From Paragordius varius (Eukaryota > Animalia > Nematomorpha): a DNA stretch of 64,000 nucleotides. Below the pieces are notes generated by a model that made no database searches, was not told the origin of the DNA, and saw nothing but the letters and a program-made list of their open reading frames with translations. The DNA lies in contig OZ176050.1 in NCBI GenBank assembly GCA_964247055.1, positions 1,798,001-1,862,000 on the forward strand. The letters run 5' to 3'. Position 1 is the first letter of the stretch, and the number at the start of each line of letters is the position of its first letter. The position numbers and the translations under genes were made by a program. Below, one piece after another: positions 1 to 14,050 of the stretch.

Positions 1-1369
1 TTTTAGAACGATACTTTAAAAATTAATGTATAAAACTAGTCGTATCAATAAATCGCATCAATACTCAAGTTAAACTTTGTGCTTAAAAATCGGATATTGG
101 TCACCGGTGAACAAAATTATTTTTTATACATTCTCTTAGTAGGACTACATCAAAATATAGAGATAGTTTGGCAAACTCTTTCATATCCGATTTTTACAAC
201 GATACTTTAAAAATTATGGTATTAAACCAGTCGCATCAATACTCAAGTTAAACTTTGTCCTTAAAAATCGGATATTGGTCACCGGTGAACAAAATTATTT
301 TTTATACATTCTATTAGTAAGACTACATCAAAATATAGAGATAGTTTGACAAATTCATTCATATCCGATTTTTACAACTATATTTTAAAAATTATTAAAA
401 CTAGTCGCATCAATACTCAAGTTAAACTTTGTCCTTAAAAATCGGATATTGGTCACCGGTGAACAAAATTATTTTTTATACATTCTCTTAGTAGGACTAC
501 ATCAAAATATAGAGATAGTTTGACAAACTCTTTCATATCCGATTTTTATAACGATACTTTAAAAATTAATGTATTAAACTAGTCGCATCAATACTCAAGT
601 TCAACTTTGTCCTTAAAAATCGGATATTGGTCACCTGTGAACAAAATTATTTTTTATACATTCTCTTAGCAAGACTACATCAAAATTTAGAGATAGTTTG
701 ACAAACTCTTTCATATCCGTTTTTACAACGATACTTTAAAAATTAATGTATAAAACTAGTCGCATCAATACTCAAGTTAAATTTTGTCCTTAAAAATGGG
801 ATATTAATCACCGGTGAACAAAACTATTTTTTATACATTCTCTTAGTAAGACTACATCAAAATTTAGAGATAGTTTGACAAACTCTTTCATATCCGATTT
901 TTACAACGATACTTTAAAAATTAATGTATAAAAGTAGTCGCATCAATACTCAAGTCAAATTTTGTCCTTAAAAATGGGATATTGATCATCGGTGAACAAA
1001 ACTATTTTTTATACATTCTCTTAGCAAGACTACATCAAAATATTGAGATAGTTTGATTGACAAACTCTTTCATATCCGATTTTTACAACGATACTTTAAA
1101 AATTAATGTATTAAAATAGTCGCATCAATACTCAAGTTAAACTTTGTCCTTAAAAATCCGATATTGGTCACCGGTGAACAAAATTATTTTTTATACATTC
1201 TCTTAGCAAGACTACATCAAAATATAGAGATAGTTTGATTGACAAACTCTTTCATATCCGATTTTTACAACGATACTTTAAATGTATAAAACTAGTCGTA
1301 TAAATAAATCGCATCAATACTCAAGTTCAACTTTGTCCTTAAAAATCGGATATTGGTTACGGGTGAATA

Positions 1370-4300
1370 AAATTATTTTTTATACATTCTCTTAGCAAGA
1401 CTACATGAAAATATAGAGATAGTTTGACAAACTCTTTCATATCCGATTTTTAGAACGATACTTTAAAAATTAATGTATAAAAGTAGTCGCATCAATACTC
1501 AAGTCAAATTTGTCCTTAAAAATGGGATATTGGTCACCGGTGAACAAAATTATTTTTTATACATTCTCTTAGTAAGACTACATCAAAATATAGAAATAGT
1601 TTGACAAACTCTTTCATATCCGATTTTTACAACGATACTTTAAAAATTAATGTATTAAAATAGTCGCATCAATACTCAAGTTAAACTTTGTCCTTAAAAA
1701 TCGGATATTGGTCACCGGTGAACAAAATTATTTTTTATACATTCTCTTAGCAAGACTACATCAAAATATAGAGATAGTTTGATTGACAAACTCTTTCATA
1801 TCCGATTTTTACAACGATACTTTAAAAATTAATGTATAAAACTAGTCGTATAAATAAATCGCATCAATACTCAAGTTAAACTTTGTCCTTAAAAATCGGA
1901 TATTGGTCACCGGTGAACAAAATTATTTTTTATACATTCTCTTAGTAGGACTACATCAAAATATAGAGATAGTTTGGCAAACTCTTTCATATCCGATTTT
2001 TACAACGATACTTTAAAAATTAATGTATAAAACTAGTCGCATCAATACTCAAGTTAAACTTTGTCCTTAAAAATCGAATATTGGTCACCGGTGAACAAAA
2101 TAATTTTTTATACATTCTCTTAGTAGGACTACATCGAAATATAGAGATAGTTTGGCAAACTCTTTCATATCCGATTTTTACAACGACACTTTAAAAATTA
2201 ATGTATAAAACTAGTCGCATGAATACTCAAGTTAAACTTTGTCCTTAAAAATCGGATATTGGTCACCGGTGATCAAAATTATTTTTTATATATTCTCTTA
2301 GCAAGACTACATCAAAATATAGAGATAGTTTGACAAACTCTTTCATATCCGATTTTTACAACGATACTTTCAAAATTAATGTATAATTTAGCATACGACA
2401 ATAAGCAACTTAAACTTTGTCTATAAAAATCGGATATTGGTCGCCGGTAAAAAAAATAATGTTTTATACATTCTCTTAGTATGACTACATCAAAATATAG
2501 AGATAGTTTGACAAACTCTTTCATATCCGATTTTTACAACGATACTTTAAAAATTAATGTATAAAACTAGTCGTATCAATACTCAAGTTTAACTTTGTCC
2601 TTAAAAATCGGATTTTGGTCACCGTTGAACAAAATTAATTTTTATACATTCTCTTAGTAAGACTATATCAAAATATAGAGATAGTTTGACAAACTCTTTA
2701 ATATCTGATTTTTACAGCGATACTTTAAAAATTAATGTATAATTTAGCATACGACAATAAGCAACTTAAACTTTGTCCTTAAAAATCGGATATTGGTCGC
2801 CGGTAAAGAAAATTATTTTATATACATTCTCTTAGTAGGACTACATCAAAATATAGAGATAGTTTGGCAAACTCTTTCATATCCGATTTTTACAACGATA
2901 CTTTAAAAATTGATGTATAAAACTTATCGCATCAATACTCAAGTTAAACTTTGTCCTTAAAAATCGGATATTGGTCACCGGTGAACAAATTTTTTATACA
3001 TTCTCTTAGTAACACTACATCAAAATATAGAGATAGTTTGACAAACTCTTTCATATCCGATTTTTACAATGATACTCTAAAAATTAATGTATAAAACTAG
3101 TCGCATCAATACTCAAGTTAAACTTTGTCCTTAAAAATCGGATATTGGTCACCGGTGAACAAAACTATTTTTTATACATTCTCTTAGTAAGACTACATCA
3201 AAATATAGAGATAGTTTGACAAACTCTTTAATCTGATTTTTACAGCGATACTTTCAAAATTATGTATAATTTAGCATACGACAATGAGCAAGTTAAACTT
3301 TGTCCTTAAAAATCGGATATTGGTCGCCGGTAAAGAAAATTATTTTTTATATCTCTTAGTAAGACTACATCAAAATATAGAGATAGTTTGACAAAATATT
3401 TCGTATTCAATTTTTAAAATGATACTTTAAAAATTAATGTATTAAACTAGTCGCATCTATACTCAAGTTAAACTTTGTCCTTAAAAATCGGATTTTGGTC
3501 ACCAGTGAACAAAATTATTTTTTATACATTCTCTTAGTAAAACTACATCAAAATGTTGAGATAGTTTGACAAACTCTATCATATCCGATTTTTACAACGA
3601 TACTTTAAAAATTAATGTATTGAACTAGTCGCATCAATACTCAAGTTAAACTTTGTCCTTAAAAATCGGATATTGGTCACCGGTGAACAAAACTAACTTC
3701 ATATATTCTCTTAGTAAGACTATATTAAAATATAGAGATAGTTTGACAAACTCTTTCATATCCGATATTTACAATACTTTAAATATTAATGTAAACTAAC
3801 TAGTCGCATCAATACTCAAGTTAAACTTTATCCTTAAAAATCGGATATTGGTCACCGGTGAACAAAATTATTTTTTATACATTCTCTTAGTATGACTACA
3901 TCAAAATATAGAGATAGTTTGACAAACTCTTTCATATCCGATTTTTACAACGATACTTTAAAAATTAATGTATAAAACTAGTCGTATCAATACTCAAGTT
4001 TAACTTTGTCCTTAAAAATCGGATTTTGGTCACCGGTGAACAAAATTAATTTTTATACATTCTCTTAGTAAGACTATATCAAAATATAGAGATAGTTTGA
4101 CAAACTCTTTAATATCTGATTTTTACAGCGATACTTTAAAATTAATGTATAATTTAGCATACGACAATAAGCAACTTAAACTTTGTCCTTAAAAATCGGA
4201 TATTGGTCGCCGGTAAAGAAAATTATTTTTTATACATTCTCTTATTAGGACTACATCAAAATATAGAGATAGTTTGGCAAACTCTTTCATATCCGATTTT

Positions 4301-7300
4301 TACAACGATACTTTAAAAATTGATGTATAAAACTAATTGCATCAATACTCAAGTTAAACTTTGTCCTTAAAAATCGGATATTGGTCACCGGTGAACAAAT
4401 TATTTTTTATACATTCTCTTAGTAACACTACATCAAAATATAGAGATAGTTTGACAAACTCTTTCATATCCGATTTTTACAATGATACTCTAAAAATTAA
4501 TGTATAAAACTAGTCGCATCAATACTCAAGTTAAACTTTGTCCTTAAAAATCGGATATTGGTCACCGGTGAACAAAACTATTTTTTATACATTCTCTTAG
4601 TAAGACTACATCAAAATATAGAGATAGTTTGACAAACTCTTTAATCTGATTTTTACAGCGATACTTTCAAAATTATGTATAATTTAGCATACGACATTGA
4701 GCAAGTTAAACTTTGTCCTTAAAAATCGGATATTGGTCGCCGGTAAAGAAAATTATTTTTTATATCTCTTAGTAAGACTACATCAAAATATAGAGATAGT
4801 TTGACAAAATCTTTCGTATTCGATTTTTAAAATGATACTTTAAAAATTAATGTATTAAACTAGTCGCATCTATACTCAAGTTAAACTTTGTCCTTAAAAA
4901 TCGGATTTTGGTCACCAGTGAACAAAATTATTTTTTATACATTCTCTTAGTAAGACTACATCAAAATGTTGAGATAGTTTGACAAACTCTATCATATCCG
5001 ATTTTTACAACGATACTTTAAAAATTAATGTATTGAACTAGTCGCATCAATACTCAAGTTAAACTTTGTCCTTAAAAATCGGATATTGGTCACCGGTGAA
5101 CAAAACTAACTTCATACATTCTCTTAGTAAGACTATATTAAAATATAGAGATAGTTTGACAAACTCTTTCATATCCGATATTTACAATACTTTAAATATT
5201 AATGTAAACTAACTAGTCGCATCAATACTCAAGTTAAACTTTGTCCTTAAAAATCGGATATTGGTCACCGGTGAACAAATTATTTTTTATACATTCTCTT
5301 AGTAACACTACATCAAAATATAGAGATAGTTTGACAAACTCTTTCATATCCGATTTTTACAATGATACTCTAAAAATTAATGTATAAAACTAGTCGCATC
5401 AATACTCAAGTTAAACTTTGTCCTTAAAAATCGGATATTGGTCACCGCTGAACAAAACTATTTTTTATACATTTTCTTAGTAAGACTACATCAAAATATA
5501 GAGATAGTTTGACAAACTCTTTAATCTGATTTTTACAGCGATACTTTCAAAATTATGTATAATTTAGCATACGACAATGAGCAAGTTAAACTTTGTCCTT
5601 AAAAATCGGATATTGGTCGCCGGTAAAGAAAATTATTTTTTATATCTCTTAGTAAGACTACATCAAAATATAGAGATAGTTTGACAAAATCTTTCGTATT
5701 CGATTTTTAAAATGATACTTTAAAAATTAATGTATTAAACTAGTCGCATCTATACTCAAGTTAAACTTTGTCCTTAAAAATCGGATTTTGGTCACCAGTG
5801 AACAAAATTATTTTTTATACATTCTCTTAGTAAGACTACATCAAAATGTTGAGATAGTTTGACAAACTCTATCATATCCGATTTTTACAACGATACTTTA
5901 AAAATTAATGTATTGAACTAGTCGCATCAATACTCAAGTTAAACTTTGTCCTTAAAAATCGGATATTGGTCACCGGTGAACAAAACTAACTTCATACATT
6001 CTCTTAGTAAGACTATATTAAAATATAGAGATAGTTTGACAAACTCTTTCATATCCGATATTTACAATACTTTAAATATTAATGTAAACTAACTAGTCGC
6101 ATCAATACTCAAGTTAAACTTTATCCTTAAAAATCGGATATTGGTCACCGGTGAACAAAATTATTTTTTATACATTCTCTTAGTATGACTACATCAAAAT
6201 ATAGAGATAGTTTGACAAACTCTTTCATATCCGATTTTTACAACGATACTTTAAAAATTAATGTATAAAACTAGTCGTATCAATACTCAAGTTTAACTTT
6301 GTCCTTAAAAATCGGATTTTGGTCACCGGTGAACAAAATTAATTTTTATACATTCTCTTAGTAAGACTATATCAAAATATAGAGATAGTTTGACAAACTC
6401 TTTAATATCTGATTTTTACAGCGATACTTTAAAAATTAATGTATAATTTAGCATACGACAATAAGCAACTTAAACTTTGTCCTTAAAAATCGGATATTGG
6501 TCGCCGGTAAAGAAAATTATTTTTTATACATTCTCTTAGTAGGACTACATCAAAATATAGAGATAGTTTGGCAAACTCTTTCATATCCGATTTTTACAAC
6601 GATACTTTAAAAATTGATGTATAAAACTAATCGCATCAATACTCAAGTTAAACTTTGTCCTTAAAAATCGGATATTGGTCACCGGTGAACAAATTATTTT
6701 TTATACATTCTCTTAGTAACACTACATCAAAATATAGAGATAGTTTGACAAACTCTTTCATATCCGATTTTTACAATGATACTCTAAAAATTAATGTATA
6801 AAACTAGTCGCATCAATACTCAAGTTAAACTTTGTCCTTAAAAATCGGATATTGGTCACCGGTGAACAAAATTATTTTTTATACATTCTCTTAGTAAGAC
6901 TACATCAAAATATAGAGATAGTTTGACAAACTCTTTAATCTGATTTTTACAGCGATACTTTCAAAATTATGTATAATTTAGCATACGACAATGAGCAAGT
7001 TAAACTTTGTCCTTAAAAATCGGATATTGGTCGCCGGTAAAGAAAATTATTTTTTATATCTCTTAGTAAGACTACATCAAAATATAGAGATAGTTTGACA
7101 AAATCTTTCGTATTCAATTTTTAAAATGATACTTTAAAAATTAATGTATTAAACTAGTCGCATCTATACTCAAGTTAAACTTTGTCCTTAAAAATCGGAT
7201 TTTGGTCACCAGTGAACAAAATTATTTTTTATACATTCTCTTAGTAAGACTACATCAAAATGTTGAGATAGTTTGACAAACTCTATCATATCCGATTTTT

Positions 7301-10300
7301 ACAACGATACTTTAAAAATTAATGTATTGAACTAGTCGCATCAATACTCAAGTTAAACTTTGTCCTTAAAAATCGGATATTGGTCACCGGTGAACAAAAC
7401 TAACTTCATATATTCTCTTAGTAAGACTATATTAAAATATAGAGATAGTTTGACAAACTCTTTCATATCCGATATTTACAATACTTTAAATATTAATGTA
7501 AACTAACTAGTCGCATCAATACTCAAGTTAAACTTTATCCTTAAAAATCGGATATTGGTCACCGGTGAACAAAATTATTTTTTATACATTCTCTTAGTAT
7601 GACTACATCAAAATATAGAGATAGTTTGACAAACTCTTTCATATCCGATTTTTACAACGATACTTTAAAAATTAATGTATAAAACTAGTCGTATCAATAC
7701 TCAAGTTTAACTTTGTCCTTAAAAATCGGATTTTGGTCACCGGTGAACAAAATTAATTTTTATACATTCTCTTAGTAAGACTATATCAAAATATAGAGAT
7801 AGTTTGACAAACTCTTTAATATCTGATTTTTACAGCGATACTTTAAAAATTAATGTATAATTTAGCATACGACAATAAGCAACTTAAACTTTGTCCTTAA
7901 AAATCGGATATTGGTCGCCAGGAAAGAAAATTATTTTTTATACATTCTCTTAGTAGGACTACATCAAAATATAGAGATAGTTTGGCAAACTCTTTCATAT
8001 CCGATTTTTACAACGATACTTTAAAAATTGATGTATAAAACTAATCGCATCAATACTCAAGTTAAACTTTGTCCTTAAAAATCGGATATTGGTCACCGGT
8101 GAACAAATTATTTTTTATACATTCTCTTAGTAACACTACATCAAAATATAGAGATAGTTTGACAAACTCTTTCATATCCGATTTTTACAATGATACTCTA
8201 AAAATTAATGTATAAAACTAGTCGCATCAATACTCAAGTTAAACTTTGTCCTTAAAAATCGGATATTGGTCACCGGTGAACAAAACTATTTTTTATACAT
8301 TCTCTTAGTAAGACTACATCAAAATATAGAGATAGTTTGACAAACTCTTTATCTGATTTTTACAGCGATACTTTCAAAATTATGTATAATTTAGCATACG
8401 ACAATAAGCAAGTTAAACTTTGTCCTTAAAAATCGGATATTAATCGCCGGTAAAGAAAATTATTTTTTATACATTCTCTTAGCAAGACTACATGAAAATA
8501 TAGAGATAGTTTGACAAACTCTTTCATATCCGATTTTTAGAACGATACTTTAAAAATTAATGTATAAAAGTAGTCGCATCAATACTCAAGTCAAATTTTG
8601 TCCTTAAAAATGGGATATTGGTCACCGGTGAACAAAATTATTTTTTATACATTCTCTTAGCAAGACTACATCAAAATATAGAAATAGTTTGACAAACTCT
8701 TTCATATCCGATTTTTACAACGATACTTTAAAAATTAATGTATTAAAATAGTCGCATCAATACTCAAGTTAAACTTTGTCCTTAAAAATCGGATATTGGT
8801 CACCGGTGAACAAAATTATTTTTTATACATTCTCTTAGCAAGACTACATCAAAATATAGAGATAGTTTGATTGACAAACTCTTTCATATCCGATTTTTAC
8901 AACGATACTTTAAAAATTAATGTATAAAACTAGTCGTATAAATAAATCGCATCAATACTCAAGTTAAACTTTGTCCTTAAAAATCGGATATTGGTCACCG
9001 GTGAACAAAATTATTTTTTATACATTCTCTTAGTAGGACTACATCAAAATATAGAGATAGTTTGGCAAACTCTTTCATATCCGATTTTTACAACGATACT
9101 TTAAAAATTAATGTATAAAACTAGTCGCATCAATACTCAAGTTAAACTTTGTCCTTAAAAATCGAATATTGATCACCGGTGAACAAAATAATTTTTTATA
9201 CATTCTCTTAGTAGGACTACATCGAAATATAGAGATAGTTTGGCAAACTCTTTCATATCCGATTTTTACAACGACACTTTAAAAATTAATGTATAAAACT
9301 AGTCGCATGAATACTCAAGTTAAACTTTGTCCTTAAAAATCGGATATTGGTCACCGGTGATCAAAATTATTTTTTATATATTCTCTTAGCAAGACTACAT
9401 CAAAATATAGAGATAGTTTGACAAACTCTTTCATATCCGATTTTTACAACGATACTTTCAAAATTAATGTATAATTTAGCATACGACAATAAGCAACTTA
9501 AACTTTGTCTATAAAAATCGGATATTGGTCGCCGGTAAAAAAAATAATGTTTTATACATTCTCTTAGTATGACTACATCAAAATATAGAGATAGTTTGAC
9601 AAACTCTTTCATATCCGATTTTTACAACGATACTTTAAAAATTAATGTATAAAACTAGTCGTATCAATAATCAAGTTTAACTTTGTCCTTAAAAATCGGA
9701 TTTTGGTCACCGTTGAACAAAATTAATTTTTATACATTCTCTTAGTAAGACTATATCAAAATATAGAGATAGTTTGACAAACTCTTTAATATCTGATTTT
9801 TACAGCGATACTTTAAAAATTAATGTATAATTTAGCATACGACAATAAGCAACTTAAACTTTGTCCTTAAAAATCGGATATTGGTCGCCGGTAAAGAAAA
9901 TTATTTTATATACATTCTCTTAGTAGGACTACATCAAAATATAGAGATAGTTTGGCAAACTCTTTCATATCCGATTTTTACAACGATACTTTAAAAATTG
10001 ATGTATAAAACTTATCGCATCAATACTCAAGTTAAACTTTGTCCTTAAAAATCGGATATTGGTCACCGGTGAACAAATTTTTTATACATTCTCTTAGTAA
10101 CACTACATCAAAATATAGAGATAGTTTGACAAACTCTTTCATATCCGATTTTTACAATGATACTCTAAAAATTAATGTATAAAACTAGTCGCATCAATAC
10201 TCAAGTTAAACTTTGTCCTTAAAAATCGGATATTGGTCACCGGTGAACAAAACTATTTTTTATACATTCTCTTAGTAAGACTACATCAAAATATAGAGAT

Positions 10301-12240
10301 AGTTTGACAAACTCTTTAATCTGATTTTTACAGCGATACTTTCAAAATTATGTATAATTTAGCATACGACAATGAGCAAGTTAAACTTTGTCCTTAAAAA
10401 TCGGATATTGGTCGCCGGTAAAGAAAATTATTTTTTATATCTCTTAGTAAGACTACATCAAAATATAGAGATAGTTTGACAAAATCTTTCGTATTCGATT
10501 TTTAAAATGATACTTTAAAAATTAATGTATTAAACTAGTCGCATCTATACTCAAGTTAAACTTTGTCCTTAAAAATCGGATTTTGGTCACCAGTGAACAA
10601 AATTATTTTTTATACATTCTCTTAGTTAGACTACATCAAAATGTTGAGATAGTTTGACAAACTCTATCATATCCGATTTTTACAACGATACTTTAAAAAT
10701 TAATGTATTGAACTAGTCGCATCAATACTCAAGTTAAACTTTGTCCTTAAAAATCGGATATTGGTCACCGGTGAACAAAACTAACTTCATACATTCTCTT
10801 AGTAAGACTATATTAAAATATAGAGATAGTTTGACAAACTCTTTCATATCCGATATTTACAATACTTTAAATATTAATGTAAACTAACTAGTCGCATCAA
10901 TACTCAAGTTAAACTTTATCCTTAAAAATCGGATATTGGTCACCGGTGAACAAAATTATTTTTTATACATTCTCTTAGTATGACTACATCAAAATATAGA
11001 GATAGTTTGACAAACTCTTTCATATCCGATTTTTACAACGATACTTTAAAAATTAATGTATAAAACTAGTCGTATCAATACTCAAGTTTAACTTTGTCCT
11101 TAAAAATCGGATTTTGGTCACCGGTGAACAAAATTAATTTTTATACATTCTCTTAGTAAGACTATATCAAAATATAGAGATAGTTTGACAAACTCTTTAA
11201 TATCTGATTTTTACAGCGATACTTTAAAAATTAATGTATAATTTAGCATACGACAATAAGCAACTTAAACTTTGTCCTTAAAAATCGGATATTGGTCGCC
11301 GGTAAAGAAAATTATTTTTTATACATTCTCTTAGTAGGACTACATCAAAATATAGAGATAGTTTGGCAAACTCTTTCATATCCGATTTTTACAACGATAC
11401 TTTAAAAATTGATGTATAAAACTAATTGCATCAATACTCAAGTTAAACTTTGTCCTTAAAAATCGGATATTGGTCACCGGTGAACAAATTATTTTTTATA
11501 CATTCTCTTAGTAACACTACATCAAAATATAGAGATAGTTTGACAAACTCTTTCATATCCGATTTTTACAATGATACTCTAAAAATTAATGTATAAAACT
11601 AGTCGCATCAATACTCAAGTTAAACTTTGTCCTTAAAAATCGGATATTGGTCACCGGTGAACAAAACTATTTTTTATACATTCTCTTAGTAAGACTACAT
11701 CAAAATATAGAGATAGTTTGACAAACTCTTTAATCTGATTTTTACAGCGATACTTTCAAAATTATGTATAATTTAGCATACGACAATGAGCAAGTTAAAC
11801 TTTGTCCTTAAAAATCTTGGTCGCCGGTAAAGAAAATTATTTTTTATATCTCTTAGTAAGACTACATCAAAATATAGAGATAGTTTGACAAAATCTTTCG
11901 TATTCAATTTTTAAAATGATACTTTAAAAATTAATGTATTAAACTAGTCGCATCTATACTCAAGTTAAACTTTGTCCTTAAAAATCGGATTTTGGTCACC
12001 AGTGAACAAAATTATTTTTTATACATTCTCTTAGTAAAACTACATCAAAATGTTGAGATAGTTTGACAAACTCTATCATATCCGATTTTTACAACGATAC
12101 TTTAAAAATTAATGTATTGAACTAGTCGCATCAATACTCAAGTTAAACTTTGTCCTTAAAAATCGGATATTGGTCACCGGTGAACAAAACTAACTTCATA
12201 TATTCTCTTAGTAAGACTATATTAAAATATAGAGATAGTT
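1370..12240. repeat. 7088-bp (40-monomer) duplication: ~1370-5150 repeated at ~8460-12240
   Basis: Private variants are offset by 7088 bp: GATTGACAAA 1781/8869, ORFs 2312/9400 with identical translation, AACACT 3011/10099, GTTGAG 3555/10643. End points approximate. Confidence 0.85.
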
Positions 12241-14050
12241 TGACAAACTCTTTCATATCCGATATTTACAATACTTTAAATATTAATGTAAACTAACTAG
12301 TCGCATCAATACTCAAGTTAAACTTTATCCTTAAAAATCGGATATTGGTCACCGGTGAACAAAATTATTTTTTATACATTCTCTTAGTATGACTACATCA
12401 AAATATAGAGATAGTTTGACAAACTCTTTAATCTGATTTTTACAGCGATACTTTCAAAATTATGTATAATTTAGCATACGACAATGAGCAAGTTAAACTT
12501 TGTCCTTAAAAATCTTGGTCGCCGGTAAAGAAAATTATTTTTTATATCTCTTAGTAAGACTACATCAAAATATAGAGATAGTTTGACAAAATCTTTCGTA
12601 TTCAATTTTTAAAATGATACTTTAAAAATTAATGTATTAAACTAGTCGCATCTATACTCAAGTTAAACTTTGTCCTTAAAAATCGGATTTTGGTCACCAG
12701 TGAACAAAATTATTTTTTATACATTCTCTTAGTAAAACTACATCAAAATGTTGAGATAGTTTGACAAACTCTATCATATCCGATTTTTACAACGATACTT
12801 TAAAAATTAATGTATTGAACTAGTCGCATCAATACTCAAGTTAAACTTTGTCCTTAAAAATCGGATATTGGTCACCGGTGAACAAAACTAACTTCATATA
12901 TTCTCTTAGTAAGACTATATTAAAATATAGAGATAGTTTGACAAACTCTTTCATATCCGATATTTACAATACTTTAAATATTAATGTAAACTAACTAGTC
13001 GCATCAATACTCAAGTTAAACTTTATCCTTAAAAATCGGATATTGGTCACCGGTGAACAAAATTATTTTTTATACATTCTCTTAGTATGACTACATCAAA
13101 ATATAGAGATAGTTTGACAAACTCTTTCATATCCGATTTTTACAACGATACTTTAAAAATTAATGTATAAAACTAGTCGTATCAATACTCAAGTTTAACT
13201 TTGTCCTTAAAAATCGGATTTTGGTCACCGGTGAACAAAATTAATTTTTATACATTCTCTTAGTAAGACTATATCAAAATATAGAGATAGTTTGACAAAC
13301 TCTTTAATATCTGATTTTTACAGCGATACTTTAAAAATTAATGTATAATTTAGCATACGACAATAAGCAACTTAAACTTTGTCCTTAAAAATCGGATATT
13401 GGTCGCCGGTAAAGAAAATTATTTTTTATACATTCTCTTAGTAGGACTACATCAAAATATAGAGATAGTTTGGCAAACTCTTTCATATCCGATTTTTACA
13501 ACGATACTTTAAAAATTGATGTATAAAACTAATCGCATCAATACTCAAGTTAAACTTTGTCCTTAAAAATCGGATATTGGTCACCGGTGAACAAATTATT
13601 TTTTATACATTCTCTTAGTAACACTACATCAAAATATAGAGATAGTTTGACAAACTCTTTCATATCCGATTTTTACAATGATACTCTAAAAATTAATGTA
13701 TAAAACTAGTCGCATCAATACTCAAGTTAAACTTTGTCCTTAAAAATCGGATATTGGTCACCGGTGAACAAAACTATTTTTTATACATTCTCTTAGTAAG
13801 ACTACATCAAAATATAGAGATAGTTTGACAAACTCTTTATCTGATTTTTACAGCGATACTTTCAAAATTATGTATAATTTAGCATACGACAATAAGCAAG
13901 TTAAACTTTGTCCTTAAAAATCGGATATTAATCGCCGGTAAAGAAAATTATTTTTTATACATTCTCTTAGTAGGACTACATCAAAATATAGAGATAGTTT
14001 GGCAAACTCTTTCATATCCGATTTTTACAACGATACTTTAAAAATTGATG
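2500..14050. repeat. 8-monomer higher-order repeat (~1413 bp) with 5-mer and 4-mer truncated units
   Basis: Variant AATGTTGAG at 3555, 4968, 5848, 7262, 10643, 12052, 12750 (steps 1413, 880, 1414, 3381, 1409, 698). Variant GTAACACTAC at 3011, 4424, 5304, 6718, 8132, 10099, 11513, 13620 (steps 1413, 880, 1414, 1414, 1967, 1414, 2107). Confidence 0.9.
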
